The notes beneath the pieces are model-generated. The model was not told where the DNA came from and did no database searches. It saw nothing but the letters and a program-made list of their open reading frames with translations. Shown here one piece after another: positions 23,390-34,541 of a DNA stretch of 64,000 nucleotides; positions within the stretch are counted from its first letter, which is position 1, and each line of letters begins with the position of its first letter. Both the position numbers and the translations under genes were made by a program. This DNA is from Eledone cirrhosa (lineage: Eukaryota), in assembly GCA_964016885.1 (NCBI GenBank), contig OZ024743.1, forward strand, positions 46,500,001 through 46,564,000. The letters are read 5' to 3'.

Positions 23390-23448
23390 TTAACCCTTGA
23401 GCTAGATATTAATATAAAATAATTAAATTAAATGTGATTTCTTTTCAG

Positions 23449-23634
23449 CTCATTGCTATTGCCACTGGTGGTCGTATTGTACCTCGCTTTTCTGAGTTGA
23501 CAACTGATAAACTTGGGAAAGCAGGAATTGTCCGTGAGCTAACATTTGGGACAACTAAAGATCGTATGTTGGTTATCGAAGATTGTCACAATTCTAAAGC
23601 TGTTACTATTTTTATAAGAGGTGGAAATAAAATG
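23449..23634 (+). CDS. CCT5: CCT5 coding exon 7
   Basis: CTTTTCAG acceptor; [17 protein letters not shown]...[12 protein letters not shown]; GTGAGT donor; 186 nt. Confidence 0.97.
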
Positions 23635-23931
23635 GTGAGTTTTTTTTAATAATCTTTTAAACTATGTTTTGAGTTTTTTTTGTCTGTCAAAAATCTCACA
23701 AAAATCTAAGACAAATAAAGCAGGGAAGAGCAAATGTTCTAAAATGTGTTTTGTTATATATTTGTCTCAATAAATAACTGAATATTATTTATTCTGTTCA
23801 TAAAACTATGGATTGTACACAAGTAATAATAATGTAAGCTTTTCTCATTTTTAAAAAATATGCTATTTCCATTAATTTATAAACATGATTTTTTTTTAAT
23901 CCTCATAATGAGACTAGTATTAATACATTAA

Positions 23932-24139
23932 CCCTTTAGCATTTACATTACTCTATATATACTATTGTATTTTCACTGTAAACACTTTATCGCACATAAT
24001 ATTGAATCTACGAGATTTTAATTTTATTTATTTTAAGAACAATACCTTAACATCAGTATAAGTGGCTGGTTATGGTTGGTTTGAACAGAAATAGGTGACA
24101 GAATTCTGGCTGGATACAGTCAGTTTAAATGCTAAATGG
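23932..24139. mobile_element. piggyBac-type MITE in CCT5 intron 7
   Basis: TTAA-CCCTTTAGCATTTA ... TAAATGCTAAATGG-TTAA; same TIR core as the intron 6 piggyBac. Confidence 0.75.
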
Positions 24140-24421
24140 TTAAAATAAAATGAACTGTCCTTCATTTTCTTGTAAATCCTACTTTATTCATCTATAATGT
24201 ATCAGACTTTTGTATGTCTGTGTTGACATTTAGTCCAATATCACTTCTACAGAATAGTAGATTTAGAAATGGACAAAAAAAGTTAAATTGTTGGCCTGAG
24301 TTTTGTAGATCTTGTTTATTTTCTGTTATCTGTTACTTCACTGGGAAATAGAAATAGGTTCAATGGCTTGTGGACCACTAATTCAGCACTACTATTCTTT
24401 TGAGTACTGTATACATGTGCC

Positions 24422-24487
<66 letters not shown>

Positions 24488-24652
24488 TATACACATATAC
24501 AGGCATGTTTTTCTGGTATTTTTGAAAAAACAATTTTAACAAAATATTAAAGGTCAACTTTTCAAAATTTTAATAATATTGTAGCAGTTGTTAATGAATG
24601 GGCTTGGATGAAGACTTATGAATAATTAATTCAATTTACTTTTCAACATTAG

Positions 24653-24790
24653 ATCATTGAAGAAGCAAAGAGGAGTCTTCACGATGCTTTATGTGTCATT
24701 CGCAACATCTTGAAAGATAACCGCATTGTATATGGAGGTGGAGCAGCTGAGATTGCTTGTTCTTTGGCGGTGGAGCAGATGAGTGATAAA
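24653..24790 (+). CDS. CCT5: CCT5 coding exon 8
   Basis: CATTAG acceptor; [34 protein letters not shown]...SDK; GTAATT donor; 138 nt. Confidence 0.97.
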
Positions 24791-25523
24791 GTAATTTATT
24801 TTTCTATCTTCATTTTATATCTATTTTTCTATGCTGGCATGATTTGGACAAGTTGTTACAGAGCAAACTAGTACTTAATCAAAACTACTGTTCTATGTGG
24901 GCTGGAGGACCATGTCTTGCTCAATATGTCATGTTTTGGCAAGGTTTTTACTGCTGGATGCCTTCCTTTTACTTGGTACATGTTATGGCATCAAACGCCA
25001 ACCACTTTACAGAGTACAGTGGGTACGTTTTATTGTGGCACTAGCAGTAGTGAGGTTATCAAGACCTTAACATGACTGGAAAATCCTCTCTACCCTATGT
25101 TGTTACTGTTTGAAGGCCAACTCCTTTACACTGTCCCAAGTGCATTTTATAGTGGCATCAATATTACTTGTATTATATATTAAAATAACCTGTGATGCTA
25201 TGAAGCAAATTGTGAAAGTTGTAAGTTCATCAAAGAGTCACTTTAAGCCATTCGAAAAACCCACAAAGCTATTAAATTCACTTTACTTTTATTTCTTGCT
25301 GTCAATTTTCATGTATTGCTTGCAACCCAGTGGCCTAAACAATTCCACTGTGTATTTAAATGACTCTTTCAAGATGTAATTGTTTTAGTATCAATGCATA
25401 GTCTTGTATTAAGTCATTTGACAAGCAAGTACAACTCTGAAATATAAGGTTGTTATCCTTCATAAACCATATTACTAAGATATTGGTCGTTGGTCGAAAT
25501 CATTAAATATTTACTTGTAATTA

Positions 25524-25568
<45 letters not shown>

Positions 25569-25713
25569 TCTCTTATATGCCATGAATTGCAGTAATGAAT
25601 GTTCTGTGTGTTGTTTTTATAAATTTGTGTTTTTGTTCTCAGAATTTTTAAAACTTCTGTTATTTCTGTATGAGCTTTTCATGGCATTGTCATTATATAA
25701 AATGTCTTTTTAG

Positions 25714-25894
25714 ATTTCCACAATTGAACAGTATGCTATGAGAGCTTTCTCTGAAGCCTTAGAGGCAATCCCATTAGCTTTAGCAGAAAATAGTGGACTG
25801 GCACCAATTAGAACATTATCAGAAGTGAAGTCAAAACAATTAAATGAGAAAAATTCTAAACTAGGAATTGATTGCCTAAATATGGGAACTTTAG
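25714..25894 (+). CDS. CCT5: CCT5 coding exon 9
   Basis: TTTTAG acceptor; [28 protein letters not shown]...[11 protein letters not shown]; G|GTAAGT donor; 181 nt. Confidence 0.97.
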
Positions 25895-26886
25895 GTAAGT
25901 GTTTGTTTATTCTGCATGCTTGAATTGTATAAATTCAGTTTGATAGTTTCTGTTGACAAATGTTTTGATAACATTTAATTTAACTTTATTTTTATTAATT
26001 TAGTATTTGGAACATGACCTAACAAAGGTTCTTACATAAAATTATGGTGAAAATTGTTTAGATAAATATAAGCACTTTAAAATAAACAACTTAGTATCAT
26101 AGAACCCGGAGCAGCTTTGAGTAGTTTAGTATCAAAAGAATTTAGGGGCAATTATCATTTTTACATCTACTTTTTTCATGTTAGCATGGGTTTGGGCAGG
26201 GCTTTTTGAGGCAGCTTTTCTATGGCTAGCTGTCCTTGATGTTCATTGAACCACTTACACTGAGAGGTACATAACAATCATCACCACTTAATTCAAGCAG
26301 TGTTATGTTTGCAACAACTGGAATGGGTTGGGCATGTGGTCTTGTACCAATACTAAGCTAGTCTGGAAAGAGGAATCATGCTCATTTGTTCTGGTTAATG
26401 TGTTGATAAAACTGTAAAATTGTATGTATTTACTGCTCTTACTCCAATACTGGGAAAGTTGTCATGATCTCACCTTTAAATACTCATAGCAAGACTAAAT
26501 ATATGTTAATTATATATAAACATATTGTATATGATTTATTTAGTCTTCCAGTATTTTTAATTGCTTGTGGTGAATGTGGTAAAGAGTAATCAAATGAGAT
26601 AATTGTGTTGTGTGTTAAGGCAGGGTGAGAGGAATGATGTAAATGAATGTGGATAGAAAAGACCATGAAAGACATGGCTAAAGATGATAAAAGAGGAAAT
26701 GAAAGCCAGGAACTTGAGGTGGGTGTTTTAAGGCAAAATAGAAAAAGCTTGTTATGGGGGACTGCACAGCTCACTCCTGCTTTGGCAGAGAAAGCAGTTT
26801 AAAATGTCAAACATTGTATATGAGTTCATGTATGCCATTATTATGTATTAAAACTGTTATAAACATTTCTTCTATTTCAAATACAG

Positions 26887-27011
26887 ATATGAAAGAACAA
26901 CATGTGCTGGAAACATTGACTGCTAAGAAGCAGCAGATAATGTTGGCTACACAGTTAGTCCGCATGATTTTGAAGATTGATGACATTAGAGCTCCAGGAG
27001 AAATGTATTAA
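26887..27011 (+). CDS. CCT5: CCT5 coding exon 10 (terminal)
   Basis: ATACAG acceptor; (D)[40 protein letters not shown]; TAA at 27009-27011. Total CDS 1623 nt in one continuous frame. Confidence 0.97.
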
Positions 27012-27206
27012 ACATCTACTAATAGCTTATATTTCATCATTACTGTTCAAGTCACACATTATTTAAAGCTTTTCTTCTGCTACCATCTCATACTATATTC
27101 TTTGCAGTTATCTTCTGTGTGAAATATGTATTCACAAAAGAATTCAGTGAAAGCAAAATTCTTTGTATTATTTTTTTTATGTATATTTCTTTTTCTATGA
27201 ATTGTT

Positions 27207-27212
27207 ATTAAA
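27207..27212 (+). terminator. Probable CCT5 polyadenylation signal
   Basis: ATTAAA ~200 nt after the stop codon, followed ~25-40 nt later by a T/GT-rich tract. Confidence 0.5.
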
Positions 27213-28447
27213 CAAATCTGACATCAGTATAGCAATTTTTTGTTTGTTTTTTAATGATTTCTCATTCAATCTTTTGCTTACATGTAAAAATACGAACTCT
27301 ACTCATCTCAAATAACTTGGGTAAGATAGCTTATCTGATAGTAGATATGTACAGGAAGGCATATACAAAATAGATAATCTTTTCATCATCTATTTCTGTC
27401 TACATGAAAGTAGACATTGTTTAGACAGGTTGTCATGGTCCAAGTCCGTATTCAGAGTTATTGTCCCTTTGGTGGATTAGAGGACTACATCACGCTCATT
27501 TTATGACATTTTCTATAGATAGATTTACAGGGTGCACTGGGTACATTTCATCGGAACATACCTAGAGACATTGTCTTGTATTATGCAAGGTTAAAGAGTA
27601 CTTACTGCTCTACATTGTATACATTCATTGAAGTGTGAATATAAGATGAAGCATTGTTATAAATAGAAAAAATACCATGTATGTGTCTCCATTTAACATA
27701 TATTTTCCACATTTTCATGGGTTAGACAGGTTGTGAAATTATAAGGCGAGCCTGGTAAGTTGATGTCTTGGTTTTCTATGGCTGGATGCCTTTTAGGATG
27801 ACTGGATGCTTTTGTCATGACAATAAAACAACCACCTAAATATATATGTCAGACACCTTTTAACTCAATCTACATCAAAAACCCATCCTCCCTTTTCCAT
27901 TCAGTCCACACTGTCAGGTGGCCGTGTAGGAAACACGATGAAAAGGCTCCCAGTTCACACTGTAAATGTGTTTGGTGTTAGGAAGGGCATCCAGCTGTAA
28001 AAAAAAACCTGCCAGAGACGTTTCCGTGCGAGCTAGATACGGTCTCCCGACCATTCCTGCATCAAATGGAACAAAACCGTCTAACCCATGCTAGCGTGGA
28101 AGATGGACGTTAAATGATGATGATGATAGTTATATCTATATATACAGAATGGCAGTAATTGAGACTAAATGTGTATATACCAGCAATAATTTTCCAAAGG
28201 GGTGAAAAAAAAGAGAATGAGAAATAGGAATAGAGGTGAAAACAGGATCAACAAACGATTTTTACATAAAAATGAGAGATGGGCATACTTACACTGTTTA
28301 AATTTCATTTATCACTTGCCCATGATTCCTGAGATGAAATTTGCATTGTCATTAACCTCACTAAACGCAAGGTTAACATCAAGACACTGAGTATGAAGAG
28401 CCAGGATATAAACTTATGGCAATGCATGTTCAGGTTGAACACAATGA

Positions 28448-29170
28448 AGGCATATGCCTTAGTGGTTAGGATGTTCAGCTCACAATCTAAAGATTGTGAG
28501 TTCGATTCCCAGTGATATGTTGGGTCCTCAAGTAAGATACTTTATTTCATGTTGCTCTAATCCACATAGCTGTTGAAAGTGAGTTGTACCTTTAATTTAA
28601 AAGGCTGGCCTTGTCACTATTGCTGAGCTCCTCTGAGAACTATTTTAACAGTACATGTAGGTAGACCCAGAAAAACCTGGGACGACATGATAAATTCCGA
28701 CCTTGCACACTTGCACCTCTCTAAGACAATGTCACTGGATCGAGATCTTTAGCGCCACTAATACAGAAGACCTGCCTTCCCTACGTGCAAAGTTAACCTA
28801 CAGTCAGTAGGCCCCTCCAAACCAAACATACACGCCAACCCACTCACCAATACCACCCTTTCTCTATGAAGTTATGTTGGGACCACAACATCCAGTCCAA
28901 TCTGTAATGTGGCCGTGTAGGTAACACGGTAAAAAGTTCCCACTAAATGTGGTTGGTGTTAGGAAGGGCATCCAGCCATAGAAAACCTGCCAGATAGTCC
29001 TATATGAGCAAGACACGGTCACCCAACCAATCTTGCCTCAATTCCCGTCTAACCCATGCTAGCGTGGAAGATGATGTCTGTGAAACACTCAGCCACTTGC
29101 ACATTAATTTCGCAAGCAGGCTGTTCTTTTTGATCAACTGGAACACTTGGAAGCAATGGAGGTTCAACCA
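28448..29170 (+). mobile_element. tRNA/CORE-like SINE (family 2) split by an RTE family A 3' fragment (~28660-29075)
   Basis: Head GCCTTAGTGGTTAGG...GAGTTCGATTCCC; body resumes after the GATGATG tail of the nested LINE piece. Confidence 0.6.
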
Positions 29171-29199
29171 ACCATACTGAGTACATTTATTAAAATAAA

Positions 29200-29572
29200 C
29201 TAGCAGAAAAACAACCCTTCGGGTGGTTTTCTGCTGGCATGTGTAGTGTGTATATTGATATTATACGCAAGTATATATACATGTAGATATGATACGTCAA
29301 ATAAAATCGTAATTGACAATATACACAGAAATTGAAGAAAGTCTGCATTACACTGTCTTATTTAATCAGTTACGTAATCCATGATACATTAAAAAAACAT
29401 TATATATAAACTGCATTAGGAGAAAATTAATGTTTATTTAAGCGATCGCCACTGGAAGTGTTGACATTTGAAAATTTTAAAGCAGTGAATAAAATATATT
29501 TAATGAACAGCCACAAAATTTAGTAGATAAATTATGTAAAATTCAAAGTAATCCAACTTATTTTACTAATGG
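29200..29572 (-). mobile_element. Non-autonomous Helitron-like element, copy 2 (5' end lost at the LINE junction)
   Basis: Reverse complement matches ~1816-2438 without the SINE; same terminal hairpin and CTAG|T end. Confidence 0.75.
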
Positions 29573-31925
29573 AGGGAAGCTAGGAGACAAGTGTACTTAG
29601 CAAGAAGGGAAGCTGAGGAAAGAAAGTTCAAGCATGTTCTACAACGCGATGACCAAAAACGTGAGGTGTTCAGGATTGCTAGGCAATGCGTCAAGGAAGA
29701 CCGTGATATTGTCGGGGAGAAGTGTGTACTAAACGACGATGGCACACTTGCCATCACCGACGCTGATAAGAAGGTAGCTTGGAAGTGTCACTATGAAAGG
29801 CTACTAAATGAGAATAAATGGGAGAAAGACAGTCTCCCCCATATCGACCCAATAGAGGGACCAGCAGTGTTAGTCGAGGGGAGTATAATAAGTAAGGCAA
29901 TCAAGGATATGAAGACGGGTAAGGCGGCTGGGCCTTCGGAAATAGTTGCTGAGATGCTGAAGGCATCTGGCACGGTGGGACACACCATGGTCACCCGCAT
30001 AGTTAACCAAGTCGTACAGAATGGGGTTGTTCCGAAGGACTGGCATAGCAGCATCATCGTTAACTGTTATAAGGGTAAAGGAGACGCCCTAGATAGGAGT
30101 AACTATAGAGGCATTAAATTAATCGACCAGGTCATGAAGGTCACGGAAAAAGTAATAGCGCAACTAATCAGAGAGAGAATTGACCTAGATGAAATGCAGT
30201 TCGGGTTTGTGTCAGGCCAAAGTACCACAGACGCTCTTTTCATAGTACGACAACTACAGGAGAAGTACCTAGCTAAAGGTAAACCCCTCTACTTAGCTTT
30301 TGTCGACTTGGAGAAAGCCTTCGACAGAGTCCCCCGCTCCATTATCTGGTGGGCTCTTAGAAAACTAGGCGTTGACGAATGGCTTGTGAGGGCTATACAA
30401 GCCATGTATAAAGAAACAGTCAGCAAGGTTAGAATTAACAACGAATATAGTGAAGAGTTTAGCGTAAAAGTTGGCGTCCATCAGGGCTCTGTTCTCAGCC
30501 CCCTACTATTTATTATTGCCCTTCAGGCTATAACAGAGGAGTTCAAGACAGGCTGCCCATGGGAACTCCTATACGCAGATGACCTGACACTCATAGCGGA
30601 ATCAATGGCCGAGCTAGAGAAGAAATTCCAAACATGGAAGCACGGCCTAAAGTCAAAAGGACTTAAAATTAACCTGGCTAAGACCAAAGTTCTAGTTTGT
30701 AGGAAAGAAAACAAGGCGGCGGTCCCTTCTGGGAAATGGTCGTGCTCGGTGTGTAGGAAAGGCGTAGGTAGAAACTCCATTTTATGTCCTAAATGCAAAT
30801 TATGGGTGCATAAAAGATGTAGTGGGATCACAGGTAAGCTAACTAAGAACATAGATTTTACATGTGGCCGGTGTTCTGGTGCAATAAGTAGCAGCAAGTG
30901 CCCAAAAAATACTAGCTCTTTCAATTGCGCAGAGGGTTCTATAGAAATAGTGGACAGCTTCCGTTACCTGGGCGATAAAATCAGCAGTGGGGGAGGGTGC
31001 TCTGAAAGTACTGTAGCTAGAGTCAGAACTGGTTGGAAAAAGTTCAGAGAGCTTATACCACTATTAGCTGCTAAAGGGTTCTCCCTAAAAATGAAAGGCA
31101 GGTTGTACGATGCCTGCATACGAACAGCAATGCTGCATGGCAGTGAGACCTGGGCATTGTGTGCAGAGGATATACGCAGACTAGAGAGGAACGAAGCTTG
31201 CATGCTCCGCTGGATGTGTAACAGTAATATACGTGAACGGCAAAGCATAAACGAACTAAGGAAAAAATTAGAGATAAGATGTTGTTTACTCGAGAGAAGG
31301 CTACGTTGGTATGGACACGTGATGCGCATGAAAGTCGATAGCTGTATAACAAAGTGCAGGGCAATAAAGATAGACGGTAGTCACGGAATAGGTAGACCTA
31401 GAAAAACCTGGGACGAGCTGATAAACTCCGACATCACACGCTTACACCTCTCCAAGACAATGTCACTGGACCGAGACCTTTGGCGGTACTCAGTAACAGA
31501 GAAGACCCGCCTTACCTAAATATATAGTAAAACCTACTCCAGCCAGTAGGCATCTCTAACAAAATACACCCTGTCCCACCACCACCACCCCCACCCCATC
31601 CACACCACCCCGTTCTATGTAAAGTTATGTTGGTGCTGCGCCATCCAGGCCGAAACAAATGAGATCGTGTAGGTGTCACGACAAAAAAACACACAGTCCA
31701 CGCTGTAATGTGGCCGTGTAGGCAACACGGTAAAAACCTCCCAGACCCACACTGTAAATGTGGTTGGTGTTAGGAAGGGCATCCAACTGTAGAAAACCTG
31801 CCAGACAGTCCTATGCGAGCAAGACAATCACTCTTGCCTCAAGTGGGACTACCCCCGTCCAAACCCATGCAAGCGTGGAACACGGACGTTAAACGTTGAT
31901 GATGATGATGATGATGATGATGATT
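29573..31925 (+). mobile_element. RTE LINE family A, 5'-truncated, young
   Basis: Open RT ORF, ~400-bp 3'UTR, (GAT)n tail, CpGs retained. Confidence 0.95.
29591..31519 (+). CDS. Non-LTR reverse transcriptase (RTE clade, endonuclease domain missing) with an internal PHD-type zinc finger
   Basis: NYRGIKL, QFGF, FVDLEKAFD, GVHQGSVLSP, YADD, FRYLG, RLRWYGH, GRPRKTW. C4HC3 finger at 30743-30874. The first codon (GTG) follows the truncation point and is not a true start. Confidence 0.9.
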   Translation: MYLARREAEERKFKHVLQRDDQKREVFRIARQCVKEDRDIVGEKCVLNDDGTLAITDADKKVAWKCHYERLLNENKWEKDSLPHIDPIEGPAVLVEGSIISKAIKDMKTGKAAGPSEIVAEMLKASGTVGHTMVTRIVNQVVQNGVVPKDWHSSIIVNCYKGKGDALDRSNYRGIKLIDQVMKVTEKVIAQLIRERIDLDEMQFGFVSGQSTTDALFIVRQLQEKYLAKGKPLYLAFVDLEKAFDRVPRSIIWWALRKLGVDEWLVRAIQAMYKETVSKVRINNEYSEEFSVKVGVHQGSVLSPLLFIIALQAITEEFKTGCPWELLYADDLTLIAESMAELEKKFQTWKHGLKSKGLKINLAKTKVLVCRKENKAAVPSGKWSCSVCRKGVGRNSILCPKCKLWVHKRCSGITGKLTKNIDFTCGRCSGAISSSKCPKNTSSFNCAEGSIEIVDSFRYLGDKISSGGGCSESTVARVRTGWKKFRELIPLLAAKGFSLKMKGRLYDACIRTAMLHGSETWALCAEDIRRLERNEACMLRWMCNSNIRERQSINELRKKLEIRCCLLERRLRWYGHVMRMKVDSCITKCRAIKIDGSHGIGRPRKTWDELINSDITRLHLSKTMSLDRDLWRYSVTEKTRLT

Positions 31926-32619
31926 ATATAAATTATTATTGAATAGCAGCTACATAGTGTATAAGTTCTGAAAAGTGCTAACGTGAACAGCATGCCATAA
32001 ATTAAAAAATGATAGGGAGCTCCAAGCTACTGAGAAGACTGAAGGTTAGATTGTTTATGGCTACAGTAGAGTCTATTTTGCTTTATGGAGCAGAAGCATA
32101 GACACTGATAAAAACCTTAAAGAAACAATTAGATGAATGCTACACCAGAATACTTAGGATGGCACTAAATGTGTCATGGTGAAGCCATGTAACAAATGCA
32201 GAACCTGACCCCCTTTCAAAAGTTAAACAAATTAGTGCTTTGGCAACATACTGAGGGAAGAACCTGTAGAGGAAAGAGAAAAATCACTTATGTGGATACT
32301 CTGTTGAGAAGAGAAGTTCAAGACTATCATGAATGACTGATATGAGGAATTAGTGGGGCATCCCACTGGATAACCAAAGATAGAATAATGTATAACATGG
32401 TTGTAAAGTGTATAATAATATAAAAAAAGTCATTAAAACAACTGAATAAAATAAGTCAGCAAATCATAATTATGAAATTACTGATTAATAACAATGGAGT
32501 ATTATGTATACAACTTAAAAGTTATCACATTCAGATTGTTCATCATCACTGGTTCCAAGTAGGTCCTATTCCTGCTGTCTCAACTTTTCATCTATATCCC
32601 ATGATACTGGTACTTTGTT

Positions 32620-33060
32620 TCACCAGCATACAAATGTTATTTGATATTCCTGTTGTTAGGAAACTCTTTGCCACATTTGTTTGAATATCATCCCAGGTAT
32701 TCTTTACCCACAATGTTGCAAGAGACAAGTTTGGCTTCTTGAGGTTGTCACTTTTGGTTAGTTCTTTGTGGGCTGAAGACAACCAGGTTATCTACATCTA
32801 ATGTATACCATCCTTCAATGGTTTATTGAGCACCATGTCTAAAGGATGTAACAAAGATGTGAAGCTGGCTAGTATAGTAACTTGGATCAAGTGAAGCAAC
32901 TGATCCCATGGAGTGATTTCAAATTTAGGAGGGCCCCAGATCTTTTATTCCATATTTGGTTTAACCACAGTATAATACCATCTTTATATATTCAGCCCTT
33001 CGGATAATAGTGAACCAAACTTCTGGATGACAGTTTCTCTTTCTTTGGTAATCCTTTCCT
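32620..33060 (-). mobile_element. pogo/Tigger-type DDE transposase relic
   Basis: Minus strand FTSLLHPLDMVLNKPLK (cf. TSxLQPLDxxVNKPFK) followed by WVKNTWDDI...KSFLTTGISN. Confidence 0.7.
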
Positions 33061-34080
33061 CTCAAAATTACCATTGGCTTAAGCTTTGTCTTATCTGCCA
33101 TAAAAGTACCAACGTAAAAAGTATTCTTTTATGCCTTGTCATATGAATGGTCTTCCTCCCTCTGAAGTTGGTTTTCAGGAAGCCCCCCCCCCCCCCCCCC
33201 CCAATCATAGTAGTTATATTTACATTGCCAATATATCCAAGTTGAGAATCAGACTGCCTTCTTTGCTTCAAAATAAAAATGTGAGAGGAAATTATTTTAT
33301 CTTCTAATTCACATGATAGTTAGAGGGATATATTGGTTTTCTGTTGTAAACTAAATCCGTCACTATAAAACCTTGGGTTCATCCATTAGAAGCTTTGAGT
33401 AATGAATTGAGAGATTTCTTGGTAGCCGTCAATCTTATCTGTAACCACTACACCCCTGATTAGTGACCTAGTCAAACAGTCCCCTCTCCATATCTGGATA
33501 TAGAGCCGGTTACACTCTATAACTATTTTGCTATGGCATTTCCAGTAAAGATTCTTTTGCTTTCCCTAAACAATGACAACTTTCGCTGATAAAAAAAAAA
33601 AAATTCCTCTCAGCAGCCATTAACTTTGCAGATTCCACAACTTTAAGTTTGGAAACAGCAATATATATGGCAAGAGCAGTTGCCATTATGACCAAGTTTA
33701 ATATATGGTAAAATTTTAACTTTTTATACATATCTCTTTCACACGATTTATGCTTAACAAACCCTAATAAAATATTTTTCCTCCTTCCCTTCCCTCTTGG
33801 TTTTCACTCCCTCCGTGTTTCCTTATTTCTCTACACCTGCTTCTTTCAAATTTTGCTGTAAACCCATCTCACCGACGCATCTATCAATTATCGTTGTTTA
33901 ATGCATTAAATCTCATAGTATCAATCTGGTATCAATCTAGACCTTTTCTCTAGAATGTTTAACAACCAAACTGTTTCTATTAAAACTGTTTCTATTAAAT
34001 GTTGCTATCCTCACCATTGTTTCTATCAATTATCTTTAACTGATCAGCTACACTTCATTGTATCAATCTAGTTTCTAAAC

Positions 34081-34541
34081 CAGTGGTTATCAAACTGAGG
34101 TCCATGGTCTCCTAGAGGACCGCGAAGGCTTAGCCAAAATTTCATGGTATACTGTGATTGAAGTTTTAAATCTAGGAAGCATTTTTTGTTAAATAAACAT
34201 TTGACATTAACGTGCAAACCAGAGGAGGGTCTATGCGGATAGCATGCTAACAACTGTCTAGACAGGTATGGCAGGGGTGTTGATAACCAATGCAGGTACG
34301 TTAAGTACATGGGCAGATGTATTGTACACTGGTGTATAACTTTTATGAAATGCATGACAATTCTACTATGATTTAATTTATGTAGTAACTACTTAAATTA
34401 AATCGTAGTAGAATTGTTATGCAAGTTTGTCTTTGAAAAATTTTGGAAATGCTGCCATAATAGAATAGGGGACCGCGAGGCATCCGAAATATGGTAAGGG
34501 GACCGCCGAGAAAAAAAATTGGAAAAGTTTGGGAACCACTG
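34081..34541. mobile_element. hAT (Charlie-type) MITE
   Basis: TIRs CAGTGGTTATCAAACT / AGTTTGGGAACCACTG; 8-bp TSD TTCTAAAC / CTCTAAAC; subterminal GGACCGC repeats. Confidence 0.85.

Noticed and set aside
29791-31364. Antisense ORFs over the RTE RT (and similar ones at 43.4-45.8 kb)
   Set aside because: Shadow frames of LINE coding sequence.
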